Shown: positions 20,215 through 30,061 of the stretch, in pieces | Numbering within the stretch: position 1 is the stretch's first letter | Layout: each line of letters begins with the position of its first letter | NCBI GenBank assembly: GCA_031362565.1 | Contig: JANLSU010000088.1 | Span: 1-64,000, forward strand | From: a bacterium | Lineage (GTDB): Bacteria; Krumholzibacteriota; Krumholzibacteriia; G020349025 | Reading direction: 5' to 3' | Length of the DNA: 64,000 nucleotides | Made by a program: the position numbers and the translations under genes | Notes under the pieces: model-generated | Told to the model about the DNA's origin: nothing | Database searches by the model: none | What the model saw: only the letters and a program-made list of their open reading frames with translations

Positions 20215-23200
20215 CTATTTGAGTAGCACCATCTTACGTGAGGCGCTGAACGCCGGCGTGTCGAGCCGGTAGAAATAGATGCCGCTTGCGACACGGGCAC
20301 CCGCGTCGTCGAGACCGTTCCAAGAAGCTCTGTAACGCCCGGCGGGGCGCGTTTCGTTCACGAGAGCGCGCACTTGGCGGCCGACGACGTCGAAGACGCG
20401 GAGCGCCACCGGGCCCCGAATCGCAAGGTCGAAACGAATCTCGGTCACTGGATTGAACGGGTTCGGCACGTTGGGATGCAGCGCCGTCACGGCTGGCAGC
20501 CCGTCGGTCGTTGGGTCTCCACCCACACCAGTCGTCGGAGACCGCTGGCAGCCGACCGGCACCGCGCCGTTCAGGATTTTCGTCGCGAGAGCGAGCTCCG
20601 GAGTGCCCGGCGCTCCCGTGTCGCGGATGTCGAACCAACCGAAGCCCATCCACACCGTGTTCCAATGCAGCGCCGTGTTCTTATTCATCACGATCGCACC
20701 GGTCCCGGACGTCGTGCTCGAACGGTAGTTGTGGGTCACGACGGCAGTCCCCGAAGCGATGGCTCCGTCGTAGAGCCGCACGGACGGACAGCCGCCCTGC
20801 AGCGTAAACGTGTCACCTACAAAGCTTGTCACGCCGCCACCGGCCCAGGTGAACGATGCGCTGCCCACCACATTCGGGTTCACCGTCACCAATTGGTCAT
20901 TCACGATGCTCGAAAGACCCATATCGACCGTGAAGAGCGGATTCGATGCTTTCTGGAACGCCGTATTCTCACCCAAGATCCAGAGCGTTGCCGTACCAGC
21001 GAGGCCGCTCACGCCCTGAGTCAGATAGTCGCGGTACCACTGCGCCTGGTTGATCTTGTTATCGTTCGAGACGACACCGTCCGGAACGTTCGGAACCAAG
21101 CTCGAACGGCCGTCGTCTTGAATGATCAGTGCGTAGGCGGCGCATTGGGCCACATTGGCGCGCCCACCCAGTTGGTTGTTTGTATTGCCGTAGCCTTGCA
21201 CGTCGTACACGTCATAGTGGCCCGCATAACCCAGCCGGTCCAGCGTATACATGAATGCGGTGCGCTGAGTCGGACCCGTGCGCCGCGCCGAATTCGACTT
21301 CTGGTAGTAGAGAATGCAATTTGCTTGGGTCGAATTCGCAAGCTCGCCGAACGATGGATCGAGGTCGCCGTGCGTATCGGCCGCGATCCGCGCTACGTAC
21401 GCGGGATCCCAGTTGATTGCCGGCAAGAAGTTGACTTCACGTAGGCCATCGCTCGCGATCTCTGCGGCAGCGACGGAGACCGGCAGTGCGGTCAGGCCAT
21501 TGGGGCTCGAGGCGAACCCACCGGCATTGTCGGTCGCGGCCCAGAAGTAATCGAGTTGGTCGCCACCGCGAAAGTACGTGTCGTCCAGGTCCACAAACCA
21601 ACAGTTCGCAACCACGGTTCCGAGATTGTTTCGCGCACTGTCCGCCGCGACGGCGAAGAACCCGTTCCCGCCGACCGTGAATGGTGCGGGTGACTTCCCT
21701 GCGTGCGGGCCCGCGACGATCGCGCCGTAGAAGACCACCGTCGCCACGCCACCGGCGCCGCGCGCGTCGACAACACCGTTCAAGTAGATCGAGTCCCCCG
21801 TAATCAGGCGTGACGTGGTGTTGCCCAGGTCGGCGGCGGCGGAAAACGCACACGTGCCGAAGCGGTTGGCCCCGTCCGGCGAGAAATGCTGGCCCGGCAC
21901 GATCGAATTCTGCGCCGTTGAAAACGCGTCCTGAGCCTGCGTGCGCGTATCGCTTCCAACGTCGATTGCGGGACCCGTAAGAACACGGCGGCCGATGCGA
22001 ATGCGGTCAACGTAGGGACCAGGGCCCGTGTTGAGCGGGGACGGTGCATGGCCTTGAACAAAAAGCGACGGAACGTTCCAATCGACCGTCCGGAAGCTGA
22101 GTTGGATTTCCCGCGCGGCCGGCGTGAAGTTCGTTGTCATGTTGAAGAGACTCGTCAACCACTGGAAGCTCCCCAGCGAGTTGAACTGGTTGGCATGGCC
22201 CCACAGGCCGATGCAGTCGACAGAGTCGCCGGCGGCGGGTGTGTCCGTGTTGTCTCTCTTCGTCTTCGCACGAACTCGCCAGCCCTGAACGATAGCACCG
22301 GTACCGAATGGGTTTGCCGCGAGACGGCGGAACGACAGGATCGTGGCCGTCGCACCCGGAGTCGCTGCCAGGCTCACCCACGGGCTGACGATAATGTCGT
22401 CGAGCCAGTTGTGAATGACGGCCTGTCCGGGACCAAAGGCCATGTCGAGGAAGAACGCGGTGCGCAAAGGGTCCGTGCCCAACCAAGCGCAAGTGATGTC
22501 TTCGGTGCACTTGTCGTTGTCCGTAATGTGGGAAAACAGTCGAACCCACGGCGCGGCGCAAAATGGCGCGGCGCTCGCCGTATTCGCCAAGGTCACGTTC
22601 GCATTGAGGCTGCCTTCGAAGTTCTCCGAGTACGCAGTGCCCCCTGTGACAATGATGTTGTCGACGATCAGACCGGCGTTGTGCACCGTTGGCCAATTGC
22701 CGTCTTCATCCGAGAAGCCGGTATCGGCAGTAAAGCGAATGTAGACTTCGTGAGTTCCTGCCCCGAAGTTGGTCAGCACAAGCGGCCCGATGTGTGAACC
22801 CGGATCGTAACCGCTCAAGCCAGTCAAGATTTCCGTGCGCCAGGCCGCCGGATTGGCATAATAGGGTTGGAGGCACAGGTTCACAAGCGATTCAGAAAGG
22901 CCCAACGAGTCTGTCTCGACCGTGACATAGTCATAGCCTGCCTCGCTGTCACTCACCTTGTCGAATGACAGCGTTGCGCCGACGCCCGAGTACTTCAGGA
23001 TGATCGAGTAGTCCCAATTGTTCCCGTAACCGTCGCGCGCCCAGCACAGGTTGTGGCGTGACAAGATCGCCGCGTTCCCGACAATGCCACCGGTACCGCT
23101 CAGACGGTTGTCGACCGACCAGCAGTTGGATCCGTCGCTCACAATGCGGTTGTCGTATTTGACCCAGCCGGCGTCAGTGCAACCGCCACCCGGTGCGTCG

Positions 23201-23433
23201 AAGGTCCAGTCGGCGATCCAAACCGTATCCCCCAGCACCTTGCTGGCGGTGGGAGGCCCACCGGGATTCCCTACCGCGTCGACTTCGCTGGCTTCTGGTG
23301 TGTGCTCGAGCGGTTCGGTGGGGAGCACGGCGATCGCGACGCGCGCCGACGCCAGTAGGCTTACGAACAACGCGGCGATGACCGGGTGTCGCCAGCCTGC
23401 GACCTCGGCGCTGCGATATGGCGGTCGATTCAT
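20215..23433 (-). CDS. secreted FlgD-Ig C-terminal domain protein, paralog P4
   Basis: Intact ORF; GGGAGG RBS before ATG 23433; same scaffold. Confidence 0.9.
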   Translation of the reverse strand: MNRPPYRSAEVAGWRHPVIAALFVSLLASARVAIAVLPTEPLEHTPEASEVDAVGNPGGPPTASKVLGDTVWIADWTFDAPGGGCTDAGWVKYDNRIVSDGSNCWSVDNRLSGTGGIVGNAAILSRHNLCWARDGYGNNWDYSIILKYSGVGATLSFDKVSDSEAGYDYVTVETDSLGLSESLVNLCLQPYYANPAAWRTEILTGLSGYDPGSHIGPLVLTNFGAGTHEVYIRFTADTGFSDEDGNWPTVHNAGLIVDNIIVTGGTAYSENFEGSLNANVTLANTASAAPFCAAPWVRLFSHITDNDKCTEDITCAWLGTDPLRTAFFLDMAFGPGQAVIHNWLDDIIVSPWVSLAATPGATATILSFRRLAANPFGTGAIVQGWRVRAKTKRDNTDTPAAGDSVDCIGLWGHANQFNSLGSFQWLTSLFNMTTNFTPAAREIQLSFRTVDWNVPSLFVQGHAPSPLNTGPGPYVDRIRIGRRVLTGPAIDVGSDTRTQAQDAFSTAQNSIVPGQHFSPDGANRFGTCAFSAAADLGNTTSRLITGDSIYLNGVVDARGAGGVATVVFYGAIVAGPHAGKSPAPFTVGGNGFFAVAADSARNNLGTVVANCWFVDLDDTYFRGGDQLDYFWAATDNAGGFASSPNGLTALPVSVAAAEIASDGLREVNFLPAINWDPAYVARIAADTHGDLDPSFGELANSTQANCILYYQKSNSARRTGPTQRTAFMYTLDRLGYAGHYDVYDVQGYGNTNNQLGGRANVAQCAAYALIIQDDGRSSLVPNVPDGVVSNDNKINQAQWYRDYLTQGVSGLAGTATLWILGENTAFQKASNPLFTVDMGLSSIVNDQLVTVNPNVVGSASFTWAGGGVTSFVGDTFTLQGGCPSVRLYDGAIASGTAVVTHNYRSSTTSGTGAIVMNKNTALHWNTVWMGFGWFDIRDTGAPGTPELALATKILNGAVPVGCQRSPTTGVGGDPTTDGLPAVTALHPNVPNPFNPVTEIRFDLAIRGPVALRVFDVVGRQVRALVNETRPAGRYRASWNGLDDAGARVASGIYFYRLDTPAFSASRKMVLLK

Positions 23434-23490
23434 GTCGCCTCCCATGCAACAATCTCATTTGCTATCGCCGATGCGACGGCTCGTCGCCGA

Positions 23491-26400
23491 CTACTTGAGC
23501 AGCACCATCTTACGCGAGGGGCTGAAACTCGGCGTCTCGAGCCTGTAGAAATAGATGCCGCTTGCGACCCGGGCACCGGCTTCGTCAAGACCGTTCCAAG
23601 AGACTCTGTACCACCCGGCCGGGCGCGTTTCGTTGACGAGAGTGCGCACTTGGCGGCCACCGATGTCGAAGACGCGGAGCGTCACGGGGCCCCGGGACGA
23701 AAGATCGAAGCGGATCTCCGTCAGCGGATTGAAGGGATTCGGCACGTTGGGATGCAGTGCCGTCACGGCCGGCAGCCCGTCGAGCGTTGGGTCACCGCCC
23801 ACACCCGTCGTCGGCGATTGCTGGCACGCCACGGGCACCACGCCGTTCAGGATCTTGGTCGCGAGATCAAGCTCCGGAGTACCAGGCGCTCCCGTATCGC
23901 AAATGTCGAACCAACCGAAACCCATCCAAACCGTGTTCCAGTGCAGCGCCGTGTTGTTGTTCATGACGATCGCACCGGGGCCGGTCGCCGTACTCGATTG
24001 GTATTTATGGGTCACGACGGCCGTCCCCGAAGCGCTGGCGCCGTCGTAGACCCGCACGGACGGGCAACCACCCTGCAGTGTGAACGTGTCGCCGGCGAAA
24101 TTCGTCACGCCGCCACCGGCCCAGGTGAACGATGCGTTGCCCACAACGTCGGGGTTCACCGCCACTGATTGATCGTTCACGATCGTGGACAAACCCATAT
24201 CGGTTGTAAAGAGCGGGTTGGTTGCTTTCTGAGATGCCGTGTTCTCGCCCAAGATCCACAGCGTCGCGGTACCAGCGAGCCCACTGCCGCCCTGCGCCAA
24301 ATAGTCCCGGTACCACTGCGCCTGGTTGATCTTGTTGTCGTTCGTGACGAGCCCGTCCGGCACATTCGGTACCAGACTGGATCGGCCGTCGTCTTGAAGA
24401 ATAAGTGCGTAGCCGGCACATTGAGTTACGTTGGCGCGACCACCGAGTTGGTTGTTCGTGTTGCCGTAGCCCTGCACGTCGTACACGTCGTAGTGACCGG
24501 CATAGCCCAACCGGTCCAGCGTGTACATGAACGAGGTGCGCTGAGTCGCGCCCGTGCGGCGCGCCGAATTCGATTTCTGGTAGTACAGAATGCAATTCGC
24601 CTGGCCCGAATTGGCGATCTCACTGGGAGTCGGGTCGAGGTCACCGTGCGCATCGGCCGCGATCCGCGCCACGTACGCAGGATCCCAATTGATCGCCGGC
24701 AAGAAGGAGACCTCGCGCAGGCCGTCGGTTGCGATCTCCGCGGCGGCGACCGAGGCCGGCAGTGCCGTCAAGCCAGCTGGACTGGAGGCGAATCCACCCG
24801 CATCGTCCGTTGCGGCCCAGAAGTAGTCGAGCTGATCGCCCCCTCGGAAGTAGGTGTCGTCCAAATCCACAAACCAGCGGTTCGCGACCACGTTGCCGAG
24901 ACTATGTCGCGCACTGTCCGCCGCGACGGCAAAGAACCCGTTTCCACCCACCGTGTACGGCGCGGGTGCCTTCCCCAGGTGCGAGCCCCCGACGATCGCG
25001 CCATAGAACCGCACGGAGGTGACGCCACCGGCCCCGCGCGCGTCGACGACACCATTCAAGTAGATCGAGTCGCCAGTGATCAGGCGCGACGTGTTGCTTC
25101 CAATGCCCAGGTCGGCGGCCTCGGAAAAGGCGCACGTACCGAAGCGGTTGTTGCCGTCCGGAGAGAAGTGCTGACCCGGCGCGATCGAGTTCTGTAGGGT
25201 CGAAAATGCATCCTGGGCCTGCGTACGCATGTCGGTCCCGACGTCGATCGCTGGTCCGGTGAGAATCCGGCGGCCGATCCGAACACGGTCCAAGTACGGG
25301 CCTGGGCCCGGGTTCAGGGTCGCAGGCGGCGGTCCGCCTGAAAGGGGCCGGTAGTCCACCGTCCGGAAACTAACCTGGATCTCTCGCGCAGCCGGCGTGA
25401 AGTTCGTTGTCATGTTGAACGGAGCCGTCATCCAGGTGAATGCACCCAGAGAGTTGAAAGGGCCCGAATGTCCCCACACACTGACGCAGTCGATCGAATC
25501 GCCCAGCGCGTAGGTATCTGTATTATCGACCTTTGTCTTCGCACGCACCCGCCAGCCTTGAACGATGCTACCGAGGCCGAAGGGATTTCCGGGGAAACGG
25601 CGGAATGTCAGAATCGTGGCGGTCGCGTTCGGCGTTTCGGACAAGCTCACCCACGGGCTTACCAAAATATCGTCGAGCCAGTTGTGAATGACCGCCTGCC
25701 CCGGGCCAAACGCCATGTCCGGGAAGAACGCAATACGCGCCGGGTCCGTACCCAGCCACGCACACGTAATGTCTTCGCCGCACCTGTCGTTGTCCGTGAT
25801 ATGTGAAAATAGTCTCAGCCATGGTGCGGCGCAAAAGGGCACGGCGTTGCCCGTGTTCCGCAATTGTACATTCGGGTTCAACACTCCATCGAAATTTTCC
25901 GCGTACGACAATGGACCGGTGATTGCGATGTTGTCGATGACGAGCCCCGCGTGGATCGCGGTCTGCCAATTTCCATCTTCATCCGAGTAACCGCTGTCGG
26001 ATTCGAACCGGATATAGACCTGGTGTGTTCCGGGCCCGTAGTTGGTGAGCGCGATGGGCCCCATGTGCCTGCATCCACTGCTGCTTCCGGTGACTTCGAG
26101 CAACACCCCCCGAAATTGTCCGGCAAAGTCGAGGTCGTCGTAGTTCCTCTCCGGGTGGTTGCAGGGATCGGCTCGCGACTCGGAAAGGCCTAAAGAATCG
26201 GTTTCGACCGTGACGAAATCATAGCCCGGTTCGCTGTCGTACAACGTGTCGAACGTAAGAGTCGCCGGCACCTGGTACTTGAGCACAGCCGCGTAGTTCC
26301 AGTTGTTGCCATAACCGTCGCGCCCCCAGCAGAGATCGTGCTTACTGAGCACGGCCGCCTTGCCGGACCCGCACATCGGATCGAATCGGTTGTCCACGGA

Positions 26401-26715
26401 CCAGTAGTTCGATCCGCTGTCCCGAACGTAATTGTCGTACTTGACCCAGCCGGCATCGGTGCACGCTCCACCCGGGGCGTCGAACGTCCAATCCGCGATC
26501 CACACCGTATCTCCAAGCGCCTTGCCTGCGAGTGGAGACATTCCGGGATTCCCGATCGCATCCACTTCGGTGACATCGGGCGTGTACTCTAGAGGTGCCG
26601 TGGAGTTCACGGCAAGAGCAACGTGGGCCGGCGAGAGCAGGCACACAAGCATTATCGAATTAGCGACCCGTCCCCAGCATGGGACCGCCGTGCTTCGGCG
26701 CCATTGTGGGCGCAT
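23491..26715 (-). CDS. secreted FlgD-Ig C-terminal domain protein, paralog P5
   Basis: Intact 1074-aa ORF; GGAGG RBS; same scaffold. Confidence 0.9.
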   Translation of the reverse strand: MRPQWRRSTAVPCWGRVANSIMLVCLLSPAHVALAVNSTAPLEYTPDVTEVDAIGNPGMSPLAGKALGDTVWIADWTFDAPGGACTDAGWVKYDNYVRDSGSNYWSVDNRFDPMCGSGKAAVLSKHDLCWGRDGYGNNWNYAAVLKYQVPATLTFDTLYDSEPGYDFVTVETDSLGLSESRADPCNHPERNYDDLDFAGQFRGVLLEVTGSSSGCRHMGPIALTNYGPGTHQVYIRFESDSGYSDEDGNWQTAIHAGLVIDNIAITGPLSYAENFDGVLNPNVQLRNTGNAVPFCAAPWLRLFSHITDNDRCGEDITCAWLGTDPARIAFFPDMAFGPGQAVIHNWLDDILVSPWVSLSETPNATATILTFRRFPGNPFGLGSIVQGWRVRAKTKVDNTDTYALGDSIDCVSVWGHSGPFNSLGAFTWMTAPFNMTTNFTPAAREIQVSFRTVDYRPLSGGPPPATLNPGPGPYLDRVRIGRRILTGPAIDVGTDMRTQAQDAFSTLQNSIAPGQHFSPDGNNRFGTCAFSEAADLGIGSNTSRLITGDSIYLNGVVDARGAGGVTSVRFYGAIVGGSHLGKAPAPYTVGGNGFFAVAADSARHSLGNVVANRWFVDLDDTYFRGGDQLDYFWAATDDAGGFASSPAGLTALPASVAAAEIATDGLREVSFLPAINWDPAYVARIAADAHGDLDPTPSEIANSGQANCILYYQKSNSARRTGATQRTSFMYTLDRLGYAGHYDVYDVQGYGNTNNQLGGRANVTQCAGYALILQDDGRSSLVPNVPDGLVTNDNKINQAQWYRDYLAQGGSGLAGTATLWILGENTASQKATNPLFTTDMGLSTIVNDQSVAVNPDVVGNASFTWAGGGVTNFAGDTFTLQGGCPSVRVYDGASASGTAVVTHKYQSSTATGPGAIVMNNNTALHWNTVWMGFGWFDICDTGAPGTPELDLATKILNGVVPVACQQSPTTGVGGDPTLDGLPAVTALHPNVPNPFNPLTEIRFDLSSRGPVTLRVFDIGGRQVRTLVNETRPAGWYRVSWNGLDEAGARVASGIYFYRLETPSFSPSRKMVLLK

Positions 26716-26772
26716 GGAGCCTCCACCAACAGTTTTTCGCCGCCGCTCATGCGCCAGCGTCTCAATCCGCGT

Positions 26773-29700
26773 CTACTTCAGCAGCACCATCTTCCGCGCG
26801 GCGCTGAACACCGGCGTCTCGAGCCGATAGAAATAGATGCCGCTCGCGACCCGAGCGCCAGCGTCGTCGAGACCGTTCCAAGAAACCCTGTACCGCCCGG
26901 CAGGGCGAGTTTCATTGACGAGAGCGCGCACTTGGCGGCCACCGACGTCGAAGACGCGGAGCGTCACCGGGCCCCGGGCCGCAAGATCGAAGCGGATCTC
27001 TGTCACCGGATTGAATGGATTCGGCACGTTGGGATGCAGGGTGGTCACGGCCGGTAGCCCCGCGGCGGATGGGTCCTCACCCACGCCCGTCAAGGGCGAT
27101 TGCTGACAGGCCGCAGGCAACACTCCGTTCAGGATCTTCGCCGCCAGGTCCAGTTCTGGCGTGCCCGGTGCGCCTGTGTCGCGAATGTCGAACCAGCCGA
27201 AGCCCATCCACACCGTGTTCCAGTGCAGCGCCGTGTTCTTGTTCAGGATGATTGCGCCCAAACCAGTCGTCGCGCTCGAACGATATCTGTGGGTCACCAC
27301 TGCGGTCCCCGAAGCGCTGGCGCCGTCGTAGGCCCGGAACGCCGGGCAACCGCCTTGCAGCGTGAACGTGTCGCCGGTGAAGTTCGTCACGCCGCCACCG
27401 GCCCAGGTGAACGACCCTGTGCCGATGACATCCGGGTTCACGGCCACCGCTTGGTCCGTCACAATGCCAGTCAAACCCATATCGGTCGTAAACAACGGGT
27501 TCGTTGCTTTCTGAAACGCCGTGTTCTCACCCAAGATCCACGCCGTCGCCGTGCCCGCAAGGCCGCTCCCGCCCTGCGCCAGGTAGTCGCGATACCACTG
27601 CGCCTGATTGATCTTGTTGTCATCCCAGACGATTCCGTCGGGAACGTTCGGAACGAGGATCGAACGGCCGTCGTCCTGAATGATCAATGCGTAACCGGCG
27701 CATTGCGCTGGCGTGGCCCGGCTACCGAGTTGGTTGTTCGTGTTGCCGTAGCCTTGCACGTCGAACACGTCGTAGTGCCCCGCATAACCGAGCCGGTCCA
27801 ATGTGTACATGAAGGCGGTGCGTTGCGTCGGGCCCGTGCGTCGCGCCGAGTTCGACTTCTGGTAGTAAAGAAGGCAATTCGTCTGGCTCGAACCGGCAAT
27901 CTCACTGGGAGTCGGGTCGAGGTCACCGTGCGCATCGGCTGCAATCCGCGCCAGATAGGCCGGATCCCATTGAATCGTCGGCAGGAACGTGGCTTCGCGC
28001 AGGCCATCTGTTGCAATCTCGGCCGCCCCTACCGATGCAGGCAGTGCCGCCATGCCGGCCGGGCTCGAGGTGAAGCCGCCCGCGTTGTCGGTCGTGGCCC
28101 AGAAGTAGTCGAGCACGTCGCCGCCACGGAAATAGGTATCGTCCAAGTCTACGAACCAGCGGTTCGCGATGACGTTGCCAATGGAGTTCCGGGCGCTGTC
28201 GGCCGATACACCGAAAAACCCGTTACCGCTGACCGCGTACGGCGCCGGCGCCTTCCCGACGTGTGGCCCGGCGATGATCGCACCATAGAACTTGACGGAC
28301 GCGATACCGCCGGCGCCGCGCCGGTCGATGACGCTCTGCAAGTAGATCGAGTCGCCAGTAATCAAATGTGACGTGCCATTCCCAGTCCCCAGGTCGGTGC
28401 CCTCGGAAAAGGCGCAGGTGCCGAATCGATTGGCACCGTCCGGCGAGAAGTGCTGACCGGGAACGATCGAGTTTTGCACGGTCGCAAACGCGTCTTCGGC
28501 CTGCGTACGCGTATCAATCCCGACGTCGATGACAGGACCGGTGAGGATGCGGCGCCCGATGCGAATGCGGTCATTGTATGGACCCGGCCCAGGGTCCAAG
28601 AGACCCAAGGGCGGCAGAGCGAATGCGATGTACTGGAAGTCCGCATTCCGGAAGCTGACCTGGAGTTCCCTCGCCGCCGGCGGGAAGTTCGTCGTCATGT
28701 CGAACAGATTCGTGTTCCACGAAAAGGAACCTAACGAGTTGAACTGGTTGCTGTGGCCCCACGTGCTGATGCAATCGATCGAGTCGCCCGGGGCAGGAGT
28801 GTCGGTGTTGTCGCGCTTCACCTTCGCGCGCACTCGCCAACCCTGTACGAGGTCAGCAGCGCCGAAGTTGTTCCCGGCGAAGCGGCGAAACGATAGAATC
28901 GTACCGCTCGCGCCAGGGGTGGACGCCAAGCTCACCCAAGGACTGACGAACATGTCGTCGAGCCAGTTGTGAATGACGGCTCCACCCGGACCGAACGCCA
29001 TGTCCGAGTAGAATGCGGGCCGCAGCGGATCAGACCCCAACCACGCGCAAGTCACGTCCTCGTTGCACTTGTCATTGTCTGTAATATGTGAGAACAGACG
29101 CACCCAGGGCGCGGCACAGAAGGGCTGGGCGTTGCCGGTATTGAGCAACTGCACATTGGGATTGAGGGCTCCCTCGAAGTTCTCCGAGCATGCGAGCGGG
29201 CCTGTCAGCACCACGTTGTCGACGGCCAGGCCGGCGTGAGTCGTCGACGGCCAGTTGCCGTCCTCATCGGAGAAGCCGGTATCTGAACAGAACCGAATAT
29301 ACACCTCGTGTGTTCCCGGTCCGAAGTTGTTGAGCGGCACTGGCCCGACATGTTGACATCCACCGCTCGGCCCACTGAGCTCGAGCAAGACGCGCCGCAA
29401 TTTCGCGGCAAACTCATTGGCGACGGGGCTGCCAGGTGGATCGCTGCAGAGATTGCGGCGCGCTTCGGATAGCCCGAGCGAATCGGTTTCGATCGTAATA
29501 AAATCGTAGCCCGCTTCGCTGTCGTACAGCACGTCGAACGACAGTGTGGCCGGAGCTTGGTACTGAAGCACGATCGAGTAGTCCCAGTTGTTCCCGTAGC
29601 CGTCTCGCGTCCAGCAAAGATCGTGCTTGGTGAGGATCGCTGCTTTACCCGAACCACAGGTCGCCGCGAATCGATTGTCGACCACCCAGTAGTTGGATCC

Positions 29701-30000
29701 ATCGTTCATCACGTGGTTGTCGTATTTGACCCAGCCGGCGTCGGTGCACGCCCCACCGGCGGTATCGAACGTCCAGTCCGCGATCCAAACGGTATCGCCG
29801 AGCGCTTTACTCGCGGTCGGAGGTGCAGCCAGATTCCCGATCGCGTCCACTTCGCCGATCTCTGGCGAGTGCTCCGCGTGTTCAGCGGGAAGTGCGGCGA
29901 GAGCGACGCGGGCCGGCAGGAGGAGGCACGTAAGCAGCCCGATCGCGCGCCGTCCCAACGAAGCCCCGATTTTGTCGCGGCGGTTTGTCTGGGTGAGCAT
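26773..30000 (-). CDS. secreted FlgD-Ig C-terminal domain protein, paralog P6
   Basis: Intact ORF; GAAGGAGG RBS before ATG 30000; same scaffold. Confidence 0.9.
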   Translation of the reverse strand: MLTQTNRRDKIGASLGRRAIGLLTCLLLPARVALAALPAEHAEHSPEIGEVDAIGNLAAPPTASKALGDTVWIADWTFDTAGGACTDAGWVKYDNHVMNDGSNYWVVDNRFAATCGSGKAAILTKHDLCWTRDGYGNNWDYSIVLQYQAPATLSFDVLYDSEAGYDFITIETDSLGLSEARRNLCSDPPGSPVANEFAAKLRRVLLELSGPSGGCQHVGPVPLNNFGPGTHEVYIRFCSDTGFSDEDGNWPSTTHAGLAVDNVVLTGPLACSENFEGALNPNVQLLNTGNAQPFCAAPWVRLFSHITDNDKCNEDVTCAWLGSDPLRPAFYSDMAFGPGGAVIHNWLDDMFVSPWVSLASTPGASGTILSFRRFAGNNFGAADLVQGWRVRAKVKRDNTDTPAPGDSIDCISTWGHSNQFNSLGSFSWNTNLFDMTTNFPPAARELQVSFRNADFQYIAFALPPLGLLDPGPGPYNDRIRIGRRILTGPVIDVGIDTRTQAEDAFATVQNSIVPGQHFSPDGANRFGTCAFSEGTDLGTGNGTSHLITGDSIYLQSVIDRRGAGGIASVKFYGAIIAGPHVGKAPAPYAVSGNGFFGVSADSARNSIGNVIANRWFVDLDDTYFRGGDVLDYFWATTDNAGGFTSSPAGMAALPASVGAAEIATDGLREATFLPTIQWDPAYLARIAADAHGDLDPTPSEIAGSSQTNCLLYYQKSNSARRTGPTQRTAFMYTLDRLGYAGHYDVFDVQGYGNTNNQLGSRATPAQCAGYALIIQDDGRSILVPNVPDGIVWDDNKINQAQWYRDYLAQGGSGLAGTATAWILGENTAFQKATNPLFTTDMGLTGIVTDQAVAVNPDVIGTGSFTWAGGGVTNFTGDTFTLQGGCPAFRAYDGASASGTAVVTHRYRSSATTGLGAIILNKNTALHWNTVWMGFGWFDIRDTGAPGTPELDLAAKILNGVLPAACQQSPLTGVGEDPSAAGLPAVTTLHPNVPNPFNPVTEIRFDLAARGPVTLRVFDVGGRQVRALVNETRPAGRYRVSWNGLDDAGARVASGIYFYRLETPVFSAARKMVLLK

Positions 30001-30061
30001 CGAGAACCCTCCTTCATGATCCAACGTCGCTGGCGCGGCTCACATCGTCGTGAGCTCGCAA

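Noticed and set aside
29709..30061. Apparent C-terminal extension or fusion of P7 into P6
   Set aside because: Explained by the single-base insertion near 30122; the normal terminus is present in another frame
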